Positions 25,122 to 32,325 of a stretch of 33,599 bases of DNA are shown here, one piece after another. The first letter of the stretch is position 1. Every line of letters starts with the position of its first letter. Position numbers and translations under genes: made by a program. The notes under the pieces are model-generated. The model was not told where the DNA came from. It searched no databases and saw only the letters and a list, made by a program, of their open reading frames with translations. Source of the DNA: a virus (taxonomy: Duplodnaviria > Caudoviricetes); IMG/VR virus record IMGVR_UViG_3300048849_000153, positions 1 through 33,599 of that record; one strand, written 5' to 3'.

Positions 25122-26056
25122 TCCGGTCCCCTCTGGTACTGGCGGTCCCACGCGGAAACGGGCTCCTGCGTCTGGCGCGGGGCCGGCTGAGCCTTCGTGA
25201 GCCAGTTGCGGAACGCGGCGTCCCAGTCCCGGACACGGCGGTCGTTGGTCTGCGCGTGGTTCCGGAACCGCATCGCCTCGAAGGCGAGGTCCGCGCGCTT
25301 CTCCCTGGCCTGCTCGAGGTGCTTGTCGTTGGGTGCCCAGTCGTCCGGGATCGGACGCTCAGGACGACGCCTGCTCGACGGCTTCTGCTGCGCCGCGTCG
25401 GACGCGTCAGCGTCCGGAACACCGGGGAGCAAAGGAGTAGGAGAAGGAGAAGGAGTAGGGGGTACACCAGCGCCGGGGTCAGGCTGGGGGTCAGCATTCG
25501 CCGCGCTGGTAGCCAGCACTGGGGTCACCGTGGGGGTCACGCTAGGGGTCAGCCCGGGGGTGAACGGGTCGGTCGGGAGGGGTCGGGAGCGGGGGTCAAC
25601 CGCGGGCTGTGACAGCACTCCACGCACCTGGTCCTTCCTCCAAGCAGCGATGTCCGGCTCGAGCTGCTGCAGCTTCTGCGCCTCGCGGACGATGACGCCG
25701 CGGATGTCGTTGGAGGCGACCTCGGCGTAGGCGTTCGCGAACGAGACGGCGAGGTTCGCTTGCCGCATGAGCCCGTCGAACCGGACGTAGGAGCGGACGA
25801 GGCACTCCTCGGTGTCGCGGTCGACGACGATGAACAGGCGTGCCTCGAGGCAGGCTGCGGCGGCGTCAACTTCGGCCCGAGTCCATCCGCCGGCCATCGG
25901 GGCGAGGCGGGCCGGGCGCCAGTCAACGACGCCTGCGTAGGACAGCCCGGGGTGGGTCCAGAGGACGAAGTAGAGGTGCTGGGCGAGCGGCGGGAGCGCG
26001 CGAAAGTCCGCGTCCTGCCAGATCGCAATGTTCAGGAACGAGCGGTCGCGTCCCAT
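25118..26056 (-). CDS. Phage replication initiator protein
   Basis: IWQDADFRALP..AQHLY N-terminus, repeat-containing linker, C-terminal FRNH...DWDAAFRNWL; coupled to dnaB. Confidence 0.85.
   Translation of the reverse strand: MGRDRSFLNIAIWQDADFRALPPLAQHLYFVLWTHPGLSYAGVVDWRPARLAPMAGGWTRAEVDAAAACLEARLFIVVDRDTEECLVRSYVRFDGLMRQANLAVSFANAYAEVASNDIRGVIVREAQKLQQLEPDIAAWRKDQVRGVLSQPAVDPRSRPLPTDPFTPGLTPSVTPTVTPVLATSAANADPQPDPGAGVPPTPSPSPTPLLPGVPDADASDAAQQKPSSRRRPERPIPDDWAPNDKHLEQAREKRADLAFEAMRFRNHAQTNDRRVRDWDAAFRNWLTKAQPAPRQTQEPVSAWDRQYQRGPE
25475..25598. repeat. GGGGTCA iteron-like repeats, putative replication origin
   Basis: GGGGTCA at 25475, 25487, 25521, 25533, 25545, 25592; variants at 25557, 25579; 12-bp period. 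Confidence 0.75.
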
Positions 26057-26131
26057 CAGTGCGAGCTCCTTTCGGCGCTCGGCGTGGTCGGTGCGCTCAC
26101 GACCGTGCGACCTGCGCCGATCAGGAGAGAC

Positions 26132-26617
26132 GTGGACGTCTGGGTGGCAGTGGTCGGGTTGGCTGGCGTGATCGGTGCCGCACTGGTGTCGCGGTGGCCG
26201 GCGATGACCGCGGAGGGTCGCCTACGGGAGTCGATCGCCAGAGACGCCGCGCTGTGGTCGACGCTGCCGCCCGGTCGGGGCCGCGACGAGTTCGCGCAGC
26301 ACATTGCGGAACGGACGCAGGAGCTCCGAGCGAAGCGAGCGGATGAAAGCGACGTCGGACAGCGGGCGTGGGTCGCGGCGACCTCGCTGTTCGGCCTCGC
26401 GTACTTGTTCTTGGCCGGCGCTGCGAGCTTCGGGTCCGATGAGGACTGGATTTCGGCGTTCGCCGTCCCGACGCTCTTGCTGTCGTTCGGGTTGTCGGCC
26501 GTATTCCTCGCGGTGGTGGCGACGGCGTCGGCCCTGGTGCTCTGGTGCATCAGCGCTGTCCGCTCGGTACGTCGGTGGAAGCGGCGCAGCGAGCCTGATG
26601 CGTCTGCGGCTGAGTGA
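26132..26617 (+). CDS. Accessory membrane protein (~3 TM)
   Basis: RBS AGGAGA before GTG 26132; three hydrophobic segments and basic C-terminus. Confidence 0.78.
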   Translation: MDVWVAVVGLAGVIGAALVSRWPAMTAEGRLRESIARDAALWSTLPPGRGRDEFAQHIAERTQELRAKRADESDVGQRAWVAATSLFGLAYLFLAGAASFGSDEDWISAFAVPTLLLSFGLSAVFLAVVATASALVLWCISAVRSVRRWKRRSEPDASAAE

Positions 26618-26618
26618 G

Positions 26619-27198
26619 TCACTGATAGGTCCTTCCTGGATGCGCCGGGGTGGGCTGTGGCGGGTCAGCCCACCGGCGGGGTTCGTCGGTTAGTCGCGGG
26701 TCCAGCGGCGCGGGCCGAGGCGGGGTGCTGCCGCCGGGCTCGGCGAACTCGCTCTGGTGGGCGTTTGGTCTTGCCGACGCGGCCGGCGTGGACGCGGATG
26801 AGGTAGCCGTGGGCCTGGACGTAGTGCCAGCGGTGGCCGCGCCAGTCGGGCTGGTCCATGTCCGCGGTGCACCAGTCGGGGCAGGCGGTGGGGCGCGGCC
26901 GAGCGAGCATCAGATCGGTGAGTCGATCCACCCGGGCGCCCCAGTACAGCGCCGCGCCGAGCTCGTGCATGTCGTCAGCGTTGAGCGTTCGATCGACGGT
27001 GAGCAGCATCTCGATCGGGCCGTCGGTCTCGGTCCACTCAGCGTGGGTGCGGGACGCCCGGAGCATGACACCGGGCATGATCTGCGTCGCCTTCGTCCGG
27101 TGGGCGACGACGCGTTCCGGCGACGTGGCAACCACCTCGCAGCCGGCCGCGTCGCACCAGTCGAAGTGCTCGGCGTCACCGGGGGCTGCGACGTTCAT
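26619..27198 (-). CDS. PxWC-domain hypothetical protein, apparent 1-nt frameshift near 26765 (unshifted ORF ends at 26665)
   Basis: Paralog of 29105..29728 (WCD..C, CPDWCTAD, GKT); similarity and codon bias continue in the shifted frame. Confidence 0.7.
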
Positions 27199-27824
27199 CA
27201 GGCCATCGCCTCGCTGGCCCAGACGATCGCCATGACGGCGGTCGCGAACTCGTGGTTGGTGCCGTAGCCGTAGGCGTGTTCGACCGCACCGAGCAGGTCG
27301 TCATCCTCAGTGATGCGCCGATCGAGCATCTTCGCGGCCCGGAACGCCGCCCGGCGGAGGCTCTGCTGCTCGTCGCCCGCGGTCAGACTCGGGGACGTTT
27401 CGACTTCGTCGTCTTCGTCGGCCTCTCCGACGGGCTGCGCGGTGAGCTCGTCCCACTCGATGACCTCGTCGTCGGGGGTGCGCCAGTTCGCGAACCAGGA
27501 GACGTCGCTGACGAGCATCTGCGCGACCAGGCGCCGCTCGTCGCGGCTCGCCGTCTCTGCGAGCGCACGGTCGATCGCGTCGGCCGCCGACGCCCTGAGC
27601 TGCCACTGCCGCAGGACGGGGTCAGACAGGGCGCACACCGGGCAGACGGGCCGGTCGCGTTCGGCCGGCCACACCACGTGCCAGGTGCGGGCGCGGAAGT
27701 CGGCCGCGCAGCGGGTGCAGACCTTCTCCTCCGGACCGCCGGCCGTGAGAGGTGCGACGGAGACGACGGGAGCAGTGGGCGGACGCAGCTGGATCACGGA
27801 TGCGTTCGTGTCGTCGGTGCTCAT
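27198..27824 (-). CDS. Hypothetical protein with CxxC...CxxC zinc site
   Basis: CTRC and CPVC; overlaps both neighbours. Confidence 0.8.
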   Translation of the reverse strand: MSTDDTNASVIQLRPPTAPVVSVAPLTAGGPEEKVCTRCAADFRARTWHVVWPAERDRPVCPVCALSDPVLRQWQLRASAADAIDRALAETASRDERRLVAQMLVSDVSWFANWRTPDDEVIEWDELTAQPVGEADEDDEVETSPSLTAGDEQQSLRRAAFRAAKMLDRRITEDDDLLGAVEHAYGYGTNHEFATAVMAIVWASEAMA

Positions 27825-28009
27825 CCGAGTTCTCCGTTTCCGTAGAGCACCGTCAGTGCGGCGCGGTAGGTGTCGAGGTCGGCCTGTGTGAAGCGCTCGC
27901 GGATGTCGCGGTGGGCGGTGCGCGGGTCGGTGATGTCGTACTTGTCCAGCAGGTCGGAAATGGCTGCCTGCGCCTCGCGGGTGCCGGCGCTGATGTCGGG
28001 AGCGGTCAC
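27821..28009 (-). CDS. Small hypothetical protein
   Basis: GTGA/ATGA overlaps; VTAPDISAGTREAQ... Confidence 0.7.
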   Translation of the reverse strand: MTAPDISAGTREAQAAISDLLDKYDITDPRTAHRDIRERFTQADLDTYRAALTVLYGNGELG

Positions 28010-28599
28010 CGGTCGGCCTCCTCGGCGGCGTCGAGCAGGGCCGCGTAGCGAATGAACTCGTCCGCGATGCGACGGGCCTGGTCGGCGGTGAACGCGACGT
28101 CCGGCCCGGTGGTGATCAGGTAGGTGGTCTTCGGGTCTCCGCCGGCCGGGCCGGGCTGGTACTCGAACTTCTCCATGCGGGCCGACATCGACCCGTCGTG
28201 ACCCTCGATCTCGAACGACAGGCCGTCGGTGAACCGGGTGCGGCTGCCATCGACGTCGACGCCCCAGTCGCCGGTCTGGCCCCACGGGGGGGCCTCGTCC
28301 TCGAGCGTCCGGCTCGCGACGATCAACTGGTGCGCGACGGTGCGTGCCTCGTCGGGCGAGAGGTTCGGCTCGCCCTTGGTGGCGAGCGAGACAGTGTCGA
28401 TGTTGGTCTCGGTGCCGTCGTCCGCCCGGTAGGTGTTGCGCTGGGCCTCGACGACCGCGGTCCCACTGCGATCAGTGGCGTCCGTGTAGCTGTCGCCGCT
28501 GTAGAAGAACCAGTCCTGGCCGCCCTCCTCGGGCTCCCACACATCGGTGCGGATCGCCCACTGCGGGGTGGACGGCATGCTGATGTCGATGGTGGTCAT
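28006..28599 (-). CDS. Hypothetical protein with two tandem PxW...L(S/T)xDxAR domains (DUF6907-like)
   Basis: PQW...LSPDEARTVAHQL and PPW...FTADQARRIADEF. Confidence 0.78.
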   Translation of the reverse strand: MTTIDISMPSTPQWAIRTDVWEPEEGGQDWFFYSGDSYTDATDRSGTAVVEAQRNTYRADDGTETNIDTVSLATKGEPNLSPDEARTVAHQLIVASRTLEDEAPPWGQTGDWGVDVDGSRTRFTDGLSFEIEGHDGSMSARMEKFEYQPGPAGGDPKTTYLITTGPDVAFTADQARRIADEFIRYAALLDAAEEADR

Positions 28600-29108
28600 C
28601 GGTCGATCCCGCTCCACTCGTGCTCTGCGCTGATGAGGTCGTGGACCTGGCTGGGGTCCGTGAGGAGCCGCCGGAGCTGGCACCCGAGGTTCGAGGCGTC
28701 GCAGACCGGTCCGGTGCCGTGTGCACAGGCCGGCTCGTCGCACGGCACGGCGTCCTCGATGTAGATCTCCATGGCCTGCCGGAGCGTCATGGGCGGACGA
28801 TTGCCCTCGTCGGCCGCGAGGATGTCAGCGGCCTGCTGCAGCGCCTCGGCGACGTCCCGGCAGCCCTCCGCGGTTAGGTTCGCCGCGATCACCCGCGCCT
28901 GCGGCCGACCGTTGGTCCACCCGTAGCCCGCGCCCGTGACGCCGTCCCCGAGGTACTGCTCGACCGTCACGGCGAGGTCCTCATTGCGCTGCAGGTAGGA
29001 GTGCCAGACCGTCTCGTAGACGATCTCCGTGGTGTGCTTCTTCGATCCCGCGTGGATCCGGACGTGATCCGTGCACCAGTCCGGGCACGTCGGCTCCGGG
29101 GCGCTCAT
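28596..29108 (-). CDS. CPxWC (DUF6907-like) domain protein with Cys-rich C-terminus
   Basis: CPDWCTDH...WH...LTAEGCRDVAEALQQAADIL; CDEPAC.H...C....GC. Confidence 0.8.
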   Translation of the reverse strand: MSAPEPTCPDWCTDHVRIHAGSKKHTTEIVYETVWHSYLQRNEDLAVTVEQYLGDGVTGAGYGWTNGRPQARVIAANLTAEGCRDVAEALQQAADILAADEGNRPPMTLRQAMEIYIEDAVPCDEPACAHGTGPVCDASNLGCQLRRLLTDPSQVHDLISAEHEWSGIDR

Positions 29109-29728
29109 GCCAACACCGCCGTCCGCGCGATTCGGCGGCCAGCGACGACTCGCCCCCAACGCGACCGGCCGGTAGCGGCGTCGGTCATCTCGCCCTGGGT
29201 GCGGTAGGTCTTACCGATCGGGCCCCAGTGGGTGCGCATGTACCCGGTGCCGTGCCAGCCGTGGTAGCGCCAGGCGTGGTCGGCGCGGACCCGCTCGTCG
29301 CCGTCAACGTCGGCGGTGCACCAGTTAGGGCAGACCGAGGCATGGGGAAGCGAGGTGGTCATCTCCTCGATCTGGTCGAGGCACCCTCGCAACCACGCGT
29401 TGAACCCGCGCAGCTCGTTGATGTCCGTCGTCTCGGGAACGGTGAGAACCACGCGCCGCGGTCCCTGCGTCTCCGACCACGTCGTGCAGGTGCGGGCGAC
29501 GTAGACCTCAGCGAGACCAGCCGCCTGCTCGAGGCGAAAGGGAGTCGATCTGTGGTCGACGATCGCCTCGATGCCGGTGTCATCACTCGTGCAGCAGCGG
29601 GGGTCGCACCACGGCGGGTGCGCTACGCTCGTGTCCATCTTCATCTCCTGTCCAGGGGCGGGGATCACGGCGCCGGCGAGCTGCAACTCGCGCGGCGCCT
29701 TCTGCTGGGTGCCCGCGGCGACACTCAT
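29105..29728 (-). CDS. PxWC-domain hypothetical protein (alternative start 29638)
   Basis: HPPWCDPRCC and CPNWCTAD; ATGA overlap at 29728; internal RBS AGGAG before ATG 29638. Confidence 0.78.
   Translation of the reverse strand: MSVAAGTQQKAPRELQLAGAVIPAPGQEMKMDTSVAHPPWCDPRCCTSDDTGIEAIVDHRSTPFRLEQAAGLAEVYVARTCTTWSETQGPRRVVLTVPETTDINELRGFNAWLRGCLDQIEEMTTSLPHASVCPNWCTADVDGDERVRADHAWRYHGWHGTGYMRTHWGPIGKTYRTQGEMTDAATGRSRWGRVVAGRRIARTAVLA
29636..29706 (+). ncRNA. Predicted cis-antisense sRNA over the start at 29638
   Basis: -10 TACGCT 29624-29629; hairpin GGCGCCGGCGAG-CTGCAA-CTCGCGCGGCGCC followed by TTCTGCT. Confidence 0.45.
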
Positions 29729-29934
29729 GCGTCGGGCAGGGAGTCGAGCCAGGACGCGAGGTCCCGGATCAGGACCACACGCCGGCCTCGGGAGTCGCGC
29801 TTGGCGCGCAGCGGCGGCGGGAACGCCTGCGGGTCGGTCGCCTTGGTGGCGCGGTCGAGGGTGTCCTCGCTGAACGGGACCAGCTCGGTGGCCTCCTTGA
29901 GCGTCACCGCGAGCCGCTCGGCCGGCGCCTTCAC
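29725..29934 (-). CDS. Excisionase-like winged-HTH protein
   Basis: LAVTLKEATELVPFSEDTLDRA...LRAKR..GRRVVL..DLASWLDSLP. Confidence 0.78.
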   Translation of the reverse strand: MKAPAERLAVTLKEATELVPFSEDTLDRATKATDPQAFPPPLRAKRDSRGRRVVLIRDLASWLDSLPDA

Positions 29935-30077
29935 TGGACACCGACCACGAACGCGACGAGCCCGACCAGCAGCCCGAAGCCGATGAGCGACGCCCACGCG
30001 CTGACCGTCAGCGCGACCGACGCCGGCGGGGTCATCCGCTCCGCGGTCTCCGCCACCTGACGGTCCAGGGCGGTCAT
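29931..30077 (-). CDS. Small membrane protein
   Basis: 48 aa with C-terminal hydrophobic helix; ATGA/GTGA overlaps. Confidence 0.65.
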   Translation of the reverse strand: MTALDRQVAETAERMTPPASVALTVSAWASLIGFGLLVGLVAFVVGVQ

Positions 30078-30847
30078 GCCGCTACCTCGAGGAGGTCGGA
30101 GCGCATGATGTCGTAGACGCGCTCGAACAGCGGGAGGTCCCGCTTGAAGTAGCCCTTGACCTCGGTCCACGTGCCGTTGACGAACCGGTTCACGGGCTCC
30201 GGCTCGCAGCCGCGCTCGGCGACGTACAGCGCCTTGAGGCGCTTTCCGAACGAGCCGGACCACCGGGCGATGACCCGGGCCTTCACGCCCTTGCTCTTGA
30301 GGAACGAGTAGACGTCGACCGGGATCGCGCCGTCCTCGATCTCCGGCTCTTCGCCCATCGACCGGGCCAGCACCAGGCGGGCCTTGGCCTCGAGGTAGTC
30401 GGGCGCGATGATGCCGGACGCGAGGCGGATCACGTTCATCTGCGCCTCGGCCTGCTGCGCCAGCACCGTGAGCTGGTCCTCGGTCGCCCGCGGGTTGATG
30501 GCCCCGCCGTTGGTCCAGTACGCCTCGATGACGTCGGCGACCTCGGACTGGTAGGCGACGAGGAGCGGGCGGGCGCCCTCGGCGACGCGGCGCTCGTCGA
30601 TGGTCGCCAGGAGCATGAGGAAGGTGCGCACGTCGACCGAGAGCATCTGACGGCGCTTGCCGTCGGCGGCAACCACGGTGGTGAGCACCGTGGTTGCCCA
30701 GGACTTGCCCTCGAGCTTCTTCCGCTGGTTGTCGTAGTCGACGCCGAGGGCGTCGATCGCCGGCTTGAGCACGACGTGCGGCTTGCCGTCGACGTCGACC
30801 GCGAGCACCTCGGTGCCGCGGAACGGGATGTGGACCAGATCGGTCAC
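30074..30847 (-). CDS. Antirepressor (P22 Ant N-terminal-like domain)
   Basis: IPFRG.EV...DGKPHVVLKPAIDALGVD...QRKKL, AADGKRRQM, LVAYQSE..DVIEAYW..G.AINPR; RBS AGGAG. Confidence 0.88.
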   Translation of the reverse strand: MTDLVHIPFRGTEVLAVDVDGKPHVVLKPAIDALGVDYDNQRKKLEGKSWATTVLTTVVAADGKRRQMLSVDVRTFLMLLATIDERRVAEGARPLLVAYQSEVADVIEAYWTNGGAINPRATEDQLTVLAQQAEAQMNVIRLASGIIAPDYLEAKARLVLARSMGEEPEIEDGAIPVDVYSFLKSKGVKARVIARWSGSFGKRLKALYVAERGCEPEPVNRFVNGTWTEVKGYFKRDLPLFERVYDIMRSDLLEVAA

Positions 30848-30871
30848 GGGATAGGCTCCTGTCTTGGTTGG

Positions 30872-30904
30872 TGCCCCCGTAGCCCGGCATGGCTTAGCGG
30901 GGGC
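30872..30904. terminator. GC hairpin between cro-like gene and antirepressor
   Basis: GCCCCCG...CGGGGGC arms with inner TAGCC/GGCT(T)A pairing. Confidence 0.5.
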
Positions 30905-30920
30905 GCTGCTGTCGGTGGAT

Positions 30921-31157
30921 CTAGGCGGAGATGCGCGAGGGGGTGGAGAGCAGGTCATGAGGAGCGACGCCCAGCCACTCCGCCACGACGGCGACCTCGT
31001 CGAGGTCCAGACCCGTCTCACCGCGCAGACGACGAGAAGCCGACTGCTGGCTGATCCCGAGAACGGCTGCGAGCTCTACGCCTGTCTTGCGCTGCCGCCC
31101 CATCTCCGCGCGCACTTCCGCCGTCACCACGTCTCTGATGCTCTGCGGCGAACTCAT
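30921..31157 (-). CDS. Cro-like XRE HTH regulator
   Basis: VRAEMGRQ..TGVELAAVLGISQQSASRRLRGE; first gene of early operon, divergent from repressor. Confidence 0.88.
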   Translation of the reverse strand: MSSPQSIRDVVTAEVRAEMGRQRKTGVELAAVLGISQQSASRRLRGETGLDLDEVAVVAEWLGVAPHDLLSTPSRISA

Positions 31158-31160
31158 GCC

Positions 31161-31227
31161 GGTTAGGCTAACCCAGATCGGTTAGTTGCTCAAGTTCTGA
31201 GTGCGGCACCCGTTTCTTGGGTACGCT
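31161..31227. promoter_or_regulatory. Divergent immunity promoters and candidate operators
   Basis: Minus: TTGAGC(31193-31188)-17 bp-TAGCCT(31170-31165), 7 nt before ATG. Plus: TACGCT(31222-31227), 6 nt before ATG. Palindromes GGTTAG-G-CTAACC and CTAACC-N6-GGTTAG. Confidence 0.75.
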
Positions 31228-31233
31228 GACCTC

Positions 31234-31554
31234 ATGCTTCACGACATCCCGGGCACTCGCTCCGTCTTCGGTCGCACGATCTCCGCGGAGATTCGCGCGC
31301 GCATGGCGGCCCGCCGCATCTCCGGCAAGCAGCTCGCTGCCCTCGCTGGCATGTCGCAGAACTACCTCGCGACCCGGCTTCGGGACGAGAAGCCCTTCAC
31401 CCTCGACGACGTCGAGACGCTGATGGACCACCTCGCTGAGAACGAAGAGCCGGCGGAGTTCATGGCTCGCGCCTCCTCGAACCACGGCGAAGAAGTCTGG
31501 ATCGCGATGGACGGTCTTGAGCGGAGCGGGAAGTCCGCGCAGTCGGGCGAGTAG
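31234..31554 (+). CDS. Immunity repressor, XRE HTH
   Basis: IRARMAARRISGKQLAALAGMSQNYLATRLRDEKPFTLDDV; divergent from cro-like gene. Confidence 0.85.
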   Translation: MLHDIPGTRSVFGRTISAEIRARMAARRISGKQLAALAGMSQNYLATRLRDEKPFTLDDVETLMDHLAENEEPAEFMARASSNHGEEVWIAMDGLERSGKSAQSGE

Positions 31555-31560
31555 CGAGAC

Positions 31561-31764
31561 TCAAACCGTGGCGACGGCCACCGGCTGGAGGAGTGCGTCG
31601 AGGTCCGGACGCTTGATGCGGATGACCTTTCCACCGACCCGGTATGCGGGGACGGTGCCGTCGGCGATCCAGCCGCGGAGGCACCGCTCGGTGACACGGA
31701 GAGCGCGGGAGGCCTCGGCGACAGTGACAAGGTCGGTAGACGGCTCAGGGGTGCTGTGGGGCAT
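31561..31764 (-). CDS. Excisionase-family (HTH_17-like) DNA-binding protein
   Basis: LVTVAEASRALRVTERCLRGWIADGTVPAYRVGGKVIRIKRPDLDALL; RBS AAGGAAG. Confidence 0.9.
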   Translation of the reverse strand: MPHSTPEPSTDLVTVAEASRALRVTERCLRGWIADGTVPAYRVGGKVIRIKRPDLDALLQPVAVATV

Positions 31765-31773
31765 GATGGGCTC

Positions 31774-31855
31774 GAATCTTCCTTGGCGGGTTGATTCGCG
31801 AGCGGTCACCCCTTGGTGTTGGAAGCACCGAGACCCTGGGTGGCCGTTCGCTCTG
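31774..31855 (+). ncRNA. Predicted cis-antisense sRNA over the RBS of the Xis-like gene
   Basis: -10-like CATGAT 31762-31767; long hairpin CGGTCACCC..GGTG-TTGGAAG-CACC..GGGTGGCCG followed by TTCGCTCTGTT. Confidence 0.4.
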
Positions 31856-31909
31856 TTGGTAGTCCGTTCCGCTCCGGTCATCTTGGATCGGTGAACAGCA
31901 CACTAGAGG

Positions 31910-32189
31910 CTGATCCCGACACCAGGTACCGACTCCACAGGCTGTGGATGCGCAGGTCAGCCCCGTGATGTTTGCCGGGATCAGGCAACGCGGGGAACGG
32001 CTGGGAACGCGTACGTCTACCGGGGTGCCTATCTTGTTCTGACAAGTGGACACCGCGCCCGAATGCTCTGACCTGAGGCCTTGCGGCGCTGCAAGGACAA
32101 GTGGACACCAGAGCGCCTACCTTCGTGTCTACTCGAAGCTGTTCTTGGCGTTGCCCGTTGCGGGCCAACATCCATGGCCGTACGCGTCC
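31910..32189 (-). ncRNA. Candidate multi-stem structured RNA
   Basis: Several nested inverted repeats whose mismatches become G-U pairs on the minus strand; no convincing CDS. Confidence 0.4.
32041..32109. repeat. 14-bp perfect direct repeat GACAAGTGGACACC x2
   Basis: Copies at 32041-32054 and 32096-32109; partial GACAAG at 32222. Confidence 0.9.
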
Positions 32190-32309
32190 GGTGACGTTCA
32201 CCCGAACGAACTAACGCTGAGGACAAGCCAGCGTGTACTTCCAGGTCGCGGTCTGCCGGAGGGAACTGAGTTCACGTAGTCGCTGACGCTGCCGTCTCTC
32301 TGGTCGTCG

Positions 32310-32325
32310 GGCCTCGATCGAGGCC
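32310..32325. terminator. Perfect 16-bp palindrome GGCCTCGATCGAGGCC downstream of int
   Basis: Self-complementary, 17 nt after the int stop; no U-tract, so function uncertain. Confidence 0.4.

Noticed and set aside
31931-31951. TCCACA/TGTGGA pair as DnaA boxes
   Set aside because: Two to three mismatches to TT(A/G)TCCACA; recorded only as a palindrome
32041-32109. Possible CRISPR-like mini-array
   Set aside because: Only two 14-bp copies, no third at the 55-bp period, no cas genes
31745-32279. Short ORFs in the int-xis gap (102, 107, 65, 77 aa)
   Set aside because: No convincing RBS, atypical codon usage, no recognisable motifs; cannot be fully excluded
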